From contig OZ024743.1 in NCBI GenBank assembly GCA_964016885.1, positions 56,234,001 to 56,298,000 on the forward strand: 64,000 bases of DNA, given 5' to 3'. Below, piece by piece: positions 28,073 to 41,500 of this stretch. Below the pieces are notes generated by a model that saw only the letters and a list, made by a program, of their open reading frames with translations, was not told the DNA's origin and did no database searches. Made by a program: the position numbers and the translations under genes. The stretch comes from Eledone cirrhosa. Taxonomy: Eukaryota. Position 1 is the first letter of the stretch, and each line of letters begins with the position of its first letter.

Positions 28073-31000
28073 CACTTTCCACCACTAATCCTCTATAGAA
28101 CTCGAGAGTGGAAGTTCTACTGACCGCATTGCCTGCCTGGCAACATTCCAGATGCCAGTCACCCAGTCTCGGTCTCTTCTTGACCCAGGACTGCAGCTCA
28201 GTCAAAGAGACGAGCTGCGGAAAGGCCCGTCTGACAAACAGCGACCACACCTGTTCATCGTTTAGGCAGAATATCTGGATATGCCGCAGCCTCAGCGCGT
28301 GTCTGCGCATCATTAGCCACGGCATACCCAACCCTCCACGTAGAGAGTGCTGGCAGCAGATGGACCGCCTCACCAGTGGAACCTGACCCCCTCCACAAGA
28401 ATTTGAAGGAGAGCCGCTCCAAGATGGCGAGGTCAGATGGTAGTAGATGACGGACGCGATGTACGCGTTCGCCACCTCCGCCCGACCTTTCAGTGATAGC
28501 TTCCTCCCAGCCCATTTCTGGGTGAGACTGGCTACCCTGCTCGTCACCTCGTTCCAATTCTTATCCACCTGGAGGTCTGGCCCGAACCAAACCCCGAGCA
28601 ACTTTACCGGTCCATCTGTCCAGCGACACTGTTGGACGGCATGGACTTGCCTCTCTAGGTGCCGAGTTGTAAGCCCACCGATTTTCCGGGTTAAGTTTTG
28701 CTCCCGTCAACCTTTCATATTCCTCCAATAAGTTGCCGACCACCTCGATTTCTGAGGTGTCCTACACCATCACGGTGATGTCGTCCGCATAAGCCGACAC
28801 AGACTTTCCGCGTCCCGATCGGGATGCTCTGCAACAGCTCCAGCTTCCGCAGTAAGCCTCGAGAGTCAATACGTACAGAAGGGAGGAGAGAGGGCACTCT
28901 TGACGGACCGATCGGGAGACCTGAAACGGTTCCGAAAGGTGGCCATTAATTTTTACCACCGAACAGGTGCCGCTGGGCATTGCAGCGATCCAGCTTCTGA
29001 AGACGGGGCCGAAGCCAGCCGCCTTGAGGACAGCCTCCAGGTACCGATGGTCGACCCTATCGAATGTTTTCGATTGATCTAAATTGATCAGAGCTCCACT
29101 CTCTATCGTGGAGGTTGTCGTGTATGGACCTGGTTGGGATTGCGTGAGTTTGTGCCTCCCCAACCGAATCCCCGACGACAAACGCTAACCTCTTCGCTAA
29201 CACCCTGGCCAAAATCTTAAACTCTGTGTTGAGCAGAGTTATGGGCCTGAAATTGTCTAATGTGTCCCTCCTGTTCTCCTCTTTCCTTATCAGCGTCACT
29301 ACGCCCCGGCGGCTCACAGAACTGGGAATACTCCCGTTCTGCTGCCAGTTTCAGTAGAGCGCTTCGAGGAGATTGGAGAACAAGTCTGGCATATTTACGT
29401 AAAGCTCGTAGGGCAGATCATCCGAACCGGGTGACTTGTGCCTCATGCAGCCGACAAGGGCATCCTGAATCTTGGCTGAAGTAATCGGCCTTTCGCAGCA
29501 CCCAGACTCGGCCGTCGAGAGTTGCGGCAAGCCATCGAGGTAGGGCCTGAAGTCCGCCACCGTCTCTGACCCGCCACTTCCCCCGAACAACCGAGCAAAA
29601 TGTTGTCGAAAGGCCTCACACTTCCGCTTGGAATCGCTCAGCTCGTGTCCGTCTCGGTCCGTCAAAGACCGAATCGTGGTTTTATTACCACGCTGCGCCT
29701 CTGCCACGCGAGCCCATCGAACAGCTTTGGTTCCCTCGTTTCTCAGAGCGCGCGCCCTAGCTCTGACAATGCAACCTTCGTGTTTCGCATGGAAGAAATG
29801 GTCTAATGCCATTTTCGCCGCTAGCACGTCAGTTGCAATGCCACTACCAATAGCCTCGTCTAACTTATCTACCAACTCCCCCTCCTTTCTATTTTTCTCT
29901 AACGCTACTTCTTTGCTAAACTCTATCGACATTACTCTAATCTCTATTTTGAGAGCCCCCCACCATCTATTGTTGACGACTCCCCCTGTCAACTTTTTCT
30001 TAACTAAATATTTGACCTGGTCCCTGTAAGCCTTACATGCCGGAAATGAGATGTTTAGCTTCCAGTAACCAGGTCCTAACCTACGCGTCTTATCTAGGTC
30101 GACCATACAGATGACAAACTTGTGATCTGAATATGCGACCGTTTTAAAACGTGGACACCTTACACTATTTCTGTCTATTTTCCTAATGAATATCCTGTCT
30201 ATATACGTGCGTCTAAGATGCCGTTCCAGTTCCCCGCTAACAGTAAAGGGCGAGACGTACCCAGAAAGGCTTCCAGGCGTCTAAAGAAGTCCGGCCGTCC
30301 TGCCGCAGTAGGGGCGTAGACGGCCACCAGTCTAAAGGCACCACCTTCGTTATTGTTCATGTCCAGGACCACCAACTTACCCTCCGGGTCCCGGAAGATC
30401 GACTTTACCTCGAGATCCAGGCCTTTCCTAAACAACACTGCCACCTCACCTCCCATTCCCGGCCGACTAACAGATGCAAAGATCTGATAGTCTTCGAAAA
30501 TGGGGGCTAGAGCGCGCGTGTCGGAAATCCTGGTCTCGCTGACGGCAATTACATCCATTTCTAGAGACCTGAGGTTGTTGAGCAGGTGACCCTGCTTCCA
30601 GGACGATCCCAGGCCTCGAACATTTAAACATCCTACTCTTAATACGGCCATGTTGGCAGGTTAAAAGAGAGATGAAAGGTTTACTTACCTTCCGGGCTAT
30701 TGTGAAGGTCGGGTGGTTCGACCTCCATAGTTGGTGGGGTTTCTTTTGGGAACCCCTTTAAAAGTCTTGCAGTGGATTTTACGTTCGGGGTTCCCACGTC
30801 CCGAGGAAAGCTGTCTCGTATCTCTTTTTATAAATCGAGCGACATTCGCACAAGAAACAAATCTTCCGGCACGCGAAATGTGCTCGATTTAAAAATTTCC
30901 CCCTCTTTTTGTATATTTTCACTTCGTGCTACGAGGGCCATCAGTTCCTTGTTGGCCCTCCTGGCGAGCACGAAGTTTTGTATGTTTTGTTGGTATGATT

Positions 31001-32863
31001 TTATTTGTTTGCGTGGCTGTGGTGGTGATAGTTTTGGTGGTGTTGTTTTGGTTGTGTCTGTGTTTGTTGTGAGTGCGGTGTCTGTGGTTTCAGATGTTTG
31101 TGTGTATTTGTTCTTGCGTCTGTTTAGGTTTTTTGTGTTTGGGGGATTCTGGTGATGGTGATGGTGGTGTTGATGTTATTGGAGAGATGTTTGCGTGGGT
31201 GGTGTCTGCATTTTTTATTGTGGGTGATTTTGTGCTTTGTAGAGTTTTTTTTCCTTTTTGTGTTTCCTTTTTTGTGTTTTGGGGGATTTGGGTTTTCCCT
31301 CATCTTCACTACTAGTAGATGAAGGGTCTGTGTCTGTAAGTGTGTCTGTGTGTGTGTGTTTATGTTTTTATTGATGTGTGCATTTGGGGGGGGGGGGGGA
31401 TTTGACATCTTTCCTCGTTTTCCCCCTGGGTGGTCAATGTTGGTGGTGGTCTTTCTATTGGTGTTGTTGTTGGTGGTTTTGCCGGTGCTGGTGTTGGTTG
31501 TGGTCTTCGCCCTGGCGTCGGCAGCAGTGGAGCCCTTAGACCCCTTGCATCTTTCAGCAGTTGAGAGCAGAAGGCTCGCAAATGGGTTTTTTCCCCCACA
31601 AAAAAAACACTGCGGCCTTTTGCCCTCGGTCATAATATGAATGACCGTCTCATTCTGAAGGCGCATGTGGTCCGGGATTGTCTTCACATTCTTGGGCCTG
31701 ATCTGGAGAAGGATCTCCAGGTCAACCCCGGACCAGTCCTCTCCGGCCGTTCTTGTCACTTCTATGGGGACGGTATCCGTCCCCTCTACAATGACACATC
31801 CCAGAAGCCACCACATGTCAAGTCCTGGTCGGATTCTGGGAATGCGGAGACGGGCCGTTCTTTTTCCCGTGTGGAAGAGGTACATTATGACCTTGCTGGT
31901 TTTGCAAGGAGTCATAGGGTGTTTCATAGCGAGGGCTTCTGACTTGAACAGCACCAAAATGGTGACGTACTGTCTGCCCCTCGCTCTGTATTCGGTGTCA
32001 TCTCTGATGCACCTCAGCGCGACTTCGACATCTGATTGTGGAATTAAAGCTGCCCTTTTGGTTTGTGCTGAGATGCATCTATAATGCACTGTTTTGCGCT
32101 CCACTGCCTCAATAGCTTCTACCGGGACAGTTAAGTTGGCCCAGGTTTGCTCTTGCTTGATGAGCTTCTAGGCCTGAGCCAACTTTTCATCTTTGTTTGA
32201 GAGGTCCATGTTGAAGCATGGCCTCTTTTTTGCTGCTGCCGCAGCGAAAGTGGTCTTGTTTTCGTTGGGGGTGTTGATGACGTTGTTCTTGTTGGTGTTG
32301 TTGTTATCACTGTCGCTGTTATCATTGTTGTCTTTGTTGCCGTCGTTGTTCGCGGTGCAGTTGGTATTGTTGCTGTTGGTGTTGTCGCTATTTGTTTTCA
32401 TGTTAGTGGTTTTGATATTGTTGTTGCATTTGTTGTCATTATTTATGTTATCTGTATTTTCGTTGTCGCTGTTACTGTCATTTTTTTCCAAATTAGCGTT
32501 CTCAGTGTTGTTATCATTGCTGTCTTTGTTCACATTGTTTGTGGTGGTGTTTGTTGTATCAATTTCTGTTAATTTCGCCGTAGCGCTCCTCTCAACTTCT
32601 ACGTCGTTGTCCCACGACAGCAGACATATCGCTGGGGAGCGTGGCTCAGCCATGTTTTTTTTGTTTTTTTTTCGATAATTTTTTTTTAAATGTAAGAGTT
32701 CAAATATTTGGGCCAAAAGGCCCAAATATTATTCTTTCCCCTTCACAGGGCAAAGTCCAAGGGCTTATATGCCTTATACAACAACAAAAAATTCAATAAA
32801 TAAGTTTTGACAGGTAAATAAATAAACTTACGGGAGCGAGCAAAAAGACGTCCGTTCAGACTC
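28073..32863 (-). mobile_element. Tx1-clade LINE copy G: 5' end intact, 3' end lost
   Basis: ORF1 from 32653 (MAEPR...), ORF2 from 30651 (MAVLRVGCLNVRG) with small deletions. Close inverted paralogue of I. (TAA)n at the 5' end. Confidence 0.93.
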
Positions 32864-33264
32864 AATAATAATAATAATAATGATAATAATAATAATAATG
32901 ATGATATATAAGGACAATGATAAATAGTAGAAAATAGGTTTCAGTTGGCTATATAATATAGGTGGCGGTCAATGGTGGTGACATTTACAGCTGTCGACAG
33001 CAATGTTTCAGTGTGAAAACTAATCGCAGATATAATGAAAAATCGGACAATAAGCGGAGTCAGCTGTGCTGTAGTTATTAAAAACTAAAGAATGGTATGA
33101 CTTGCTGGAATCGTCCAGCAAGCATCTTTTATTGTATGGGTGCTATAATGTATAGCGTGTTAGCTATATCCAGATTTTAGCGCCAAAATAAAAAGGAGAT
33201 AATCTTGCTGGTGCTTATTTATTTCTTCCTCTTTTGCTGTTTTAATCTCGTCATAAATGTCATA

Positions 33265-33578
33265 GTGAAGGCGCGTGGCTTAGTGGTTAACGGGTGTTCG
33301 GCTCATGATCGTAAGGTCGCAAGTTCGATTCTTGGACCAGGTGATGCGTTAAGTCCTTCAGCAAGAGACTTTATTCCAATACCACGTTGCTTCTGTCGTA
33401 CTTGTAATTCAGCAGATCAGCCATGTCACACACTGTCTCAAGCTGAATCTCACTGAAAACTACTATAAGGGTGCACGTGTTAGTAGAGTACTAAGCCATT
33501 TGTGTATTAATTCCACGAGAGGGCCATTCTGTTGATCGCATTGACTGGAATATTCGTCGTCGAAACCGACGGAGGTCC
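33265..33578 (+). mobile_element. tRNA-derived SINE (family 2)
   Basis: A-box TGGCTTAGTGG and B-box GTTCGATTC. The head plus upstream flank recurs at 34711-34808. Confidence 0.75.
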
Positions 33579-34311
33579 ATCAACAAATGTTACAAATTTT
33601 TATCAACCAGCTCTCTTTCATTCGACAAAAGAAAATTGTAGCAAATCTCTGAAATTATTTGACTTCACTTTTCACGTTGAGAACAGCCAATTATGTTTTA
33701 ACACTTTTGATACCAATCCGACAAAAACTGGTTCTGGTTCTATGAAAAAGTTATTAAATTAATAATTTTAGTAAATTCCTCAAAATTCTTCATTATTTTA
33801 TTAAAATATACTATATTTGGTTCTATATAACAAACTATTTTGAATTAGAACTGTCCTGCATAATTTCATATAAGAATCATACATTAACTCACTATCTTTA
33901 ATAATGAAATATTTTCTATCATTTTATTCACAGTTGTATAAACAACATTCCAAATTGTTCACAATGCTTTCAGAGTGAAAATATAAAAACAAATATAAAC
34001 ACATATAACAGATGCAATTAACTATTGCAAGGAACCTTACAGATACAACGTTCCAAAATGTACGATCAAAGCGAGAAAAGGAAAAAATGGGAAAAAAAAA
34101 CAAAAACGACCATCAGATTACCACCAGATTCGACAATCAGCCGCACTGGCAAATTCCTCAAAATTCTTCATTTACCAATTGTTATACAGTGTATTTCATT
34201 TGCAATACAGTCACGAAAGGGCTAAAGAAACGGGGAAGAAGGCAAATACAATAAATTAATGATTCAGTTTCTCAGAGACCTTCTTTATAAAGATGGAGAA
34301 AAAATTGATCA

Positions 34312-34425
34312 GACGCAACTGTGTAGTTAAGAAGTTTGCTTCGAAAACTATATAGTTATTTGTTCTGTCCCGCTGTTCGGTACTTTGGGTAAATGTCTTC
34401 TACTATAGCCTCGGGTTGACAAATG
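34312..34425 (+). mobile_element. Degenerate tRNA-derived SINE head (family 3)
   Basis: gttaagaagtttgcttc...ttgggtaaatgtcttctactatagcctcggg; recalled as an abundant octopus SINE motif, not verified. Confidence 0.55.
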
Positions 34426-34511
34426 AGTTTTATATCGAATAATTATAATATTCGATTCGTTTGCAAGCAAACGGCCTCATTACGCTATGATTTTAGATGA
34501 TTGCTGTCATG

Positions 34512-34711
34512 GTGGATAGGCAGTATCGGTAGAGAGTCGGGCACCATGCTTTTCAGTATAGAGTTACGCCCCTTTATGGTCTGAGTTCAAATCCCGCCGA
34601 GGTTAATTTTGACTTTCATCCTTACGAGGTCGATAAAATAAAGTACCAGTAATGCACTGGGATAATTGCTGGCCTTGTCCCGAAAGTAGAAACAATTATT
34701 ATTATTATTAT
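34512..34711 (+). mobile_element. SINE family 1, full length
   Basis: ggcagtatcggtaga head, gagttcaaatccc B-box, core and (ATT)n tail. Confidence 0.85.
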
Positions 34712-35179
34712 TTAATCTCGTCATAAATGTCATAGTGAAGGCGTGTGGCTTAGTGGTTAGGGATTGTTTGTTTCTGATCGAAAGGTCACGAGTCCGATTC
34801 CTGAACCAATAATAAAGAAATTATTATTATTATTATTCGATATAAAACTCACAAATGCATATGTATGCAGCTAAGTAAGAGAAAGAAACCAAATTGTAAT
34901 TTTGTTTTCATATTTTCTTCAAAGTAAGCCGTAAAATCGCTGGGTATGCAAATAAGGCTAATCAGCCGATGTATACTTTAGGAAATATCATATATTTTCA
35001 ACAGTTCAAGCGATTTGTAGAAAGAGATACACAGTCTTGACAAAGGGCAATAACTCTAAAACAACGTTGTTGATTGTTTCTCCATGCCACCACTAGAATA
35101 AAAGAATGACGGAGATCATCTAAAAAACATAACGCGTAATGATGCTGTTTGCTTGCAAACGAATTGATGATTATTATTA

Positions 35180-35381
35180 TGGCAGTATCGGTAGAGGGTC
35201 GGACGCCATGCTTTCCAGCATAGTTACGTCCCTTTACGATCTGAGTTCAAATCCCGCCGAGGTTGACTTTGCCTTTCATCCTTACGGGGTCGATAAAATA
35301 AAGTACCAGTAATGCACTTGATAATTGCTGGCCTTGTGCCTAAAGTAGAAACAATTATTATTATTATTATTATTATTATTA
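35180..35381 (+). mobile_element. SINE family 1
   Basis: Same structure; the (ATT)n tail is split by a Helitron. Confidence 0.85.
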
Positions 35382-35727
35382 TCTATATATCTAAAACAGA
35401 GAATGTCTGTCTGTCTGTCTGTCTGTCTGTCTGACTCCCTAAAACTCGAGAACCACCCAACCGAGTTTTTTCAAACTTACACAAGTAATACTTATGGTCG
35501 TGTGAGTGTTTTGAGCAAAGAATATTTCAAATTGTCAATGCCCTAGGGACCGCATTATGCGTCGGTAGCGGTCTCTCTGTCTCTCTTAGTCTGTCTTTTT
35601 AGATAGATACATAGTTATAACGTTGCGCCCTTATAATATCTGTCTGTATGTCTGGCTGTCTGCATTACGACATTATGACAATATTGACTTCGCTATCTGT
35701 GTGTGTGTGTGTGTATATGTATATATA

Positions 35728-35767
<40 letters not shown>

Positions 35768-35880
35768 TATAACGTTTTTCGAAATATTTACTTCTGCGTT
35801 CACAGATTGATTTTTTTTAGTTTTAGAAGATCCCGTTAAGGATGAAAGCAGCGATTCTTTGCTTAAACTTTAATCTGTTA

Positions 35881-35979
<99 letters not shown>

Positions 35980-36220
35980 GTGTACAGATATTTTTGCATA
36001 CACAATAACAAAATATAAACAAAAGTATTTATTTCGCGATAAAGTATTGATTTTCTTCGCAGGGAAAAAAACCCTGGTAATCTACGTCGAATTTTTTTAT
36101 AAATGTAGACACCATCCCGAGGCCGAGGTATTCCGTACTTCTCTGTACTGTTTCAGAAAGGAGGGATAAACATGCCAATCTATGTTTAGAATCCCGAGCA
36201 ACGCCGGGCCATTCTGCTAG
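35382..36220 (+). mobile_element. Non-autonomous Helitron
   Basis: 5' TC (tctatatatctaaaa) followed by (GTCT)n; 3' hairpin cccgagcaacgccggg then CTAG. Inserted between A and T of an (ATT)n tract with no TSD. Confidence 0.85.
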
Positions 36221-36242
36221 TTATTATTATTATTATCATCAT

Positions 36243-36600
36243 TCTGGGTTCAAATCCTGCCGAGGTTAACTTTGCTTTGCATCCTTACGGGGTCGATAAA
36301 ATAAAGTACCAGTAATGCACTGGGTAATTGCTAGCCTTGTGCCAAAAGTAGAAACAATTATTATTATTATCATCATCATTATTATTATTATTATTATTTG
36401 AGGGCGGTGGATTGGCAGTATCGGTAGAGGGTCGGGCGCCATGCTTTGATGCATAGAGTTACGGCCCTTGCCATTCTGAGTTAAAATCCTGCTGAGGTTA
36501 ACTTTGCCTTTCATCCTTACGGGGTCGATAAAATAAAGTACCAGTAATACACTGGGTAATTCCTGGCCTTGTGCCAAAAGTAGAAACAATTATTATTATT
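36243..36600 (+). mobile_element. Two tandem SINE family 1 copies (one truncated, one full)
   Basis: 36243-36358 and 36402-36600, each ending gtagaaacaattattatt. Confidence 0.85.
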
Positions 36601-37206
36601 TGAGTCTCAGTCATTGATGTTATTTAACTGGAAAGTTTGTTGAAATGAATATGAAGCCACTACCTGCAACCTCAGACATTCAGGACGTATCGAAGGGTTC
36701 TTGCTGTTCCCAGCAAACATGCCTTTTAAAGTGTTCCAAAAATCGGGGCTGTACTAATCTTCTTTAACCATCCTTGGAAACTCTTTGAGATAGTACCTAG
36801 TGCACCTATGACAATCGGGACGACCTTGATTTTATGGCAGTTCCAAATCCTTTTTAATTCCCACTTTAAATCCTGGTATCGGATAATTTTTTCTCTCTCC
36901 TTTTCTTGCACTCTCGTCTCAAATGGGCAGGCTACACCTACAATCAGGCACGATCTTTTTTTCTTGTTCAAAACCACCAGGTCAGGCCTATTGTATTCTA
37001 ATTTCTTGTCCGTATGTATCTTAAAATCCCATAGCATCTTCACCTGGTCGTTTTCTATCACCGACTCTGGCTTATGCTCATACCACTTCTCAGAATGTGG
37101 TAAATTGTTTACTTTGCCAGTAGATCACCCTGCCTATCACATCATATCTCTAGCCTTTATAATCAGTCTGGGTTAGGTGTTTACACTCGGATACAATGCC
37201 ACAGTC

Positions 37207-37253
<47 letters not shown>

Positions 37254-38521
37254 CCTCTCTCTCTCTCTCCACAGATCCTACACAGTGAGCTAGCCTCCTC
37301 CTTGTCAATATGGTGTTTTACCCACTTCGTTCTAAAGGCTTGCTCTTGCGCAGCCATTAGCATTCCTTCTGTAGCTTTTTTAAGGTCTCCTCTTTTTAAC
37401 CAGTTCCATGTCTGTGGATCTCTAAATTCTTTTTTCTTAAAGAAGGTGCTATGAAGGGATTTTTCATGAAGGTTGCTCTTCCTCCTTTTTGTTATTTCCT
37501 CCTTGGACATCCCCTGGTCTATTGTCCTCCCCTTCAGTACAATTTTGATCATTGGATCCCTACTGTCAGTCACATATTTGTGCAGGTTGTTTTTCTCCAT
37601 CTGAACACAGTCCTCTATGCTGATAAGACCTCTTCCACCTTCAGATCTCTTTAAGTAGAGTCGATCAACATCACTCCTCTTGTGGAACATGTTGTAGATA
37701 GTCAATAGCTTCCTAGTCTTCCTATCCATTTCTTTTTGTTCAGCAACATTCCATTTCAGAATTCCTGCACTGTATCTAATAATAGACACAGCTCGAGAAT
37801 TTACTGCACTTATGACATTCCCACTATTTAGATGTGATTTTAATATATTCCTTGCTCTCCTTATGTATTCAGATCTTATCAATTCCTTCATTTTTTTTGT
37901 TATTGATGCCATCTGCCTCCAGAACTCCTAAATATTTGTATCTCTCTTCAGTGTCAATTTCCTTTATCATCTCACCTGTTGTTACCTAGATTCCGTTGCT
38001 TCCGTTTAATTTACCCCTCTTCATCACTAGGACTTCACATTTATTAACACCTAAATTCCATACATATATCATTGCTGAAAATACGGACAGTGTCAACAAG
38101 TACATCCAACTCCTTCTCCCTCTTCCCAAAGAGTTTAAGATCGTCCATGAAGAGGAGGTGGTTGATGGTAAGCTCTCCTTTTCCCAACTTGTATCCTGCT
38201 CTCACTTTTCGCAATATAACGGTGAGGGGTATCAGGGCAAGGACAAACAACAGAGAGGACAAACTATCTCCCTGGAAGATACCTCTCTTGATCTTCACGC
38301 TTCCCAAGAATTCTCCACCCGATGTTAACTCTGTTTCCCAGGACTTCATACTTTTGCTCAACAACTGTCTGATGTTATCTGCCACCTTGAAGATCTCTAG
38401 GCTTTTGGTTATCCAAGAATGAGGTACCATGTCGAATGCCATTTTGTAATCTATCCATCTCATGGTAAGACCAGTGTGCCTCCTCTTACAATTCCTCATT
38501 ACAATCTTATCATCTTATCAA
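36601..38521 (-). mobile_element. R4/Dong-clade element, 5'-truncated
   Basis: [53 protein letters not shown]; (ATT)n on both sides; a (GA)n expansion lies inside the zinc-finger region. Confidence 0.92.
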
Positions 38522-38555
<34 letters not shown>

Positions 38556-41500
38556 GAATGCCATGGTTGACGGAGGCTCGGCTCTGTAAGGTATTGTAAA
38601 TTTTAACCGCTATAACAATTGTAAATTGTTTAAAACTTTAACCAAATTGTAGACAAAAACACCCTCCTCCTCGTGAGAGGGGTCTTTCTGCCCGTTATTT
38701 GGCCCTTCGGGGTTAAATAACCGCTTATTGGGGTTTTGTGGCCCAATATTTATTTTAACCCCCCCCCCCCCCCCCAAAAAAAAACATGGCTACAAAAAAG
38801 AATTTTCACAAGTCACTCCCACTCATTCCGTCTTCTTCCTCAATCGTCACTACACCAGAGAGAAGATTGTCTCTCTCCCTCCCTTCTCTTTCGCAAGCGA
38901 CGCCAGTAAAGAAAAATAGTTTCCAAAATCACGTGCAAAACGTGGAACATTTCTCCACGACGACGACAACGACGAAAAAGGTGTGCGGTAAATACGAAAA
39001 CCCATTTCATTCGTCTGACGTCATGAATAATAGCAGTAGTAGCCGTAATAACAACAGCAGCAGCAGCAACGGTGACAAGGAAAACAACAGTAGCAGCCGC
39101 AACAGCATCAGCAGCAGCATAAACAACAACAGCATTAGCAGCAACAGCAACAACAACAGCAGCAGCAGCAACAACAACAACAACCACAGTAACAGCGGCG
39201 GCGGCAGTTGTAGTACCAGCAGCAACAACAAAAGTAACAGCAGCTCTGATGACGACAACAACAACAACAACAACAAAGAAAAACCAATCTCGTTTGCAGG
39301 TATCGCAAAGAACCTGGAAACCATCCTTATAACAAATGAGGAATCAAAGAAGATGGTGACGAAAACCGGACACCGAGCAATCTGCAAGGCAGCCGAAAAT
39401 TTTTTCGAAACCCAACAGCACTGTACGGTCACGTACCGTACAGTAAGCACAAAATCCCGTAGGGTTGAAAGGGCCACAGAGGCTCAAATACAAAAAGCCT
39501 TAGGGTCTGTGTGGCAGCGGAAAACGCACATCACCCGAGGCAAGAAATATGCCACCGTGGACGTGCTTTTTTACACACCCCAGGAGGCAAAGGCTCAATC
39601 CTTAGTGACCCTAAGGAGTGAGGAAATGGTGTTGGTGCCCTCCTACTGCGGACAAAAAATTGTGAGGGTCAAACTGACCCACGTCCTCCCCGGGATGGCC
39701 CCTTCTTGGCTGGCCGCGTCTGTCCTCGTCGGAATCGAGGACAAAACAACTGTACTGCAAGTACAGAAAAAAGTACGAGAAGATTGGGTCAGCACCTCCA
39801 TTGAGATGTTAATCCAAGCCAACCAGGAGTGCATCGAAGCTATCCCGGATGTGATAGACTTCGATAACGGCACTCAACTGCCCATAAGTATTGAGGGCAA
39901 ACGCCCGAAATGCTTTCGCTGTGGATCGAATACTCACCTCAGGGCCTTCTGCAATGAGAACACCTTGAGAAAGGAGACAAGCCCCCTCCTTCCGAAACCG
40001 GCTCTACTGCTACCAGCAACAGGACAGGCGGCAACCTGGAAGGATAGGTCCGTGGCACCCATACCCACGCCACGGAAATCAAGAACAGCAACAGCAGTGG
40101 AAGTATTAACAACAACAACAGCAATACCAACTGCAGCTGCAACAGAGACTCCACTGCAAACATCACCACCAACAACAAGTGAAAGAGTGGAGCTGGTACC
40201 CCTCCCCGACCTCACAGAATCGGACATGGAGTGTGAGGTGGGAGAGGGATGGCAAAAGGTCGCAAGAAGGCACAAACGCAGAAGCAGCGCATCGTCGCCT
40301 TCGAAAAGGGAGGAAAGAAACGAAAAAAGGGTAAAGGCTACTGCAAAAAGATTTACAGCAGCAACACCACCAACACCATCACCACCCACACTAGCACCAC
40401 CATCACCACCGGCGGCAACCCCACCGCTAACAACAACACCTTCAACACCACAAGCACCAACATCGCAAACACAACAAAATACACACACACAGCAACAACG
40501 ACAAGAAAATAGCAGAACCACACCCCACCCCCAGAAAAACAAATGCACAGCAATAAATACACACAACAAGAAATTAATGACTTACATAATTGAACACACA
40601 GACATTTCACAGCACGACTACATAATACCAGCACCAATCAAAACACCAACGAACATAAGACTGGTAAAAATAGCTCAAAAACAATACACAAACATTAAAA
40701 CGAAATTCCCCAACGCAGAGTATATTCGGATATACTCACAGAAGAGCCGACGACCAGCCGAAGGGGCGATTCAACGGTCCCTTCACCAGACGATCAAGTG
40801 AAAAGGGATGGTGAAACCATCCTTCCTCTGCGAGAAGAAGTAAGGTAAGTGGTCTTTCTCATCTTTTCCACTCCATTTCAACATGACCTCACTCAGAATA
40901 GGCAGCATAAATGCGCGTGGCTTGGGGTCGTCATGGAAGCAAGGCCACCTGCTGAACGACCTCAGGTCACTAAACATAGATGTAGTGGCCATCAGTGAGA
41001 CCAGAATCTCCGAAGCACGGGCCTTCACACCGATCTTCGGCGGCTACGATGTGTACGCATCTCCCAGCCGTCCTGGATCGGGGGTGGGGGTGGGGGGTGG
41101 GGTGGAGTTGCTGTGCTTTTTCGGTGAGGTTTGGATCTCGCCATACGGGCCATCTTCCTGGACCCAGAAGGTAAGTTGGTGGTGCTGGACGTGACCAGCG
41201 GAGACGGGCAAGCTTTCAGGCTAGTGGCCGTCTATGCCCCGACAGGAGCAGGCCGGCCTGATTTCTTCCGGCGTCTGGAGACCTTTCTTGGAACGTCCCG
41301 CTCTTTAGTGTTAGTGGGCGACTGGAACGGGATCTTAGATGCACGCTGGGACTGTGTGGGATTAGCGGATAGGGGAGGAGGGTGCAAGAGCCTCACCAAC
41401 CTGCTCAGGCGTTTTGAACTGTCTGACAGGTACCGATTGGATTTCCCGAATGTGCCAATGTGGACTTGGACAAATCGCTTAGGGTCATCCAGATCATATC

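Noticed and set aside
33265-33340. tRNA gene
   Set aside because: A and B boxes are present but there is no full cloverleaf, and it continues into a SINE body.
32900-38520. Central bidirectional promoter of a piRNA cluster
   Set aside because: Outward transcription would be sense to the Tx1 copies, and no promoter evidence is visible in sequence alone.
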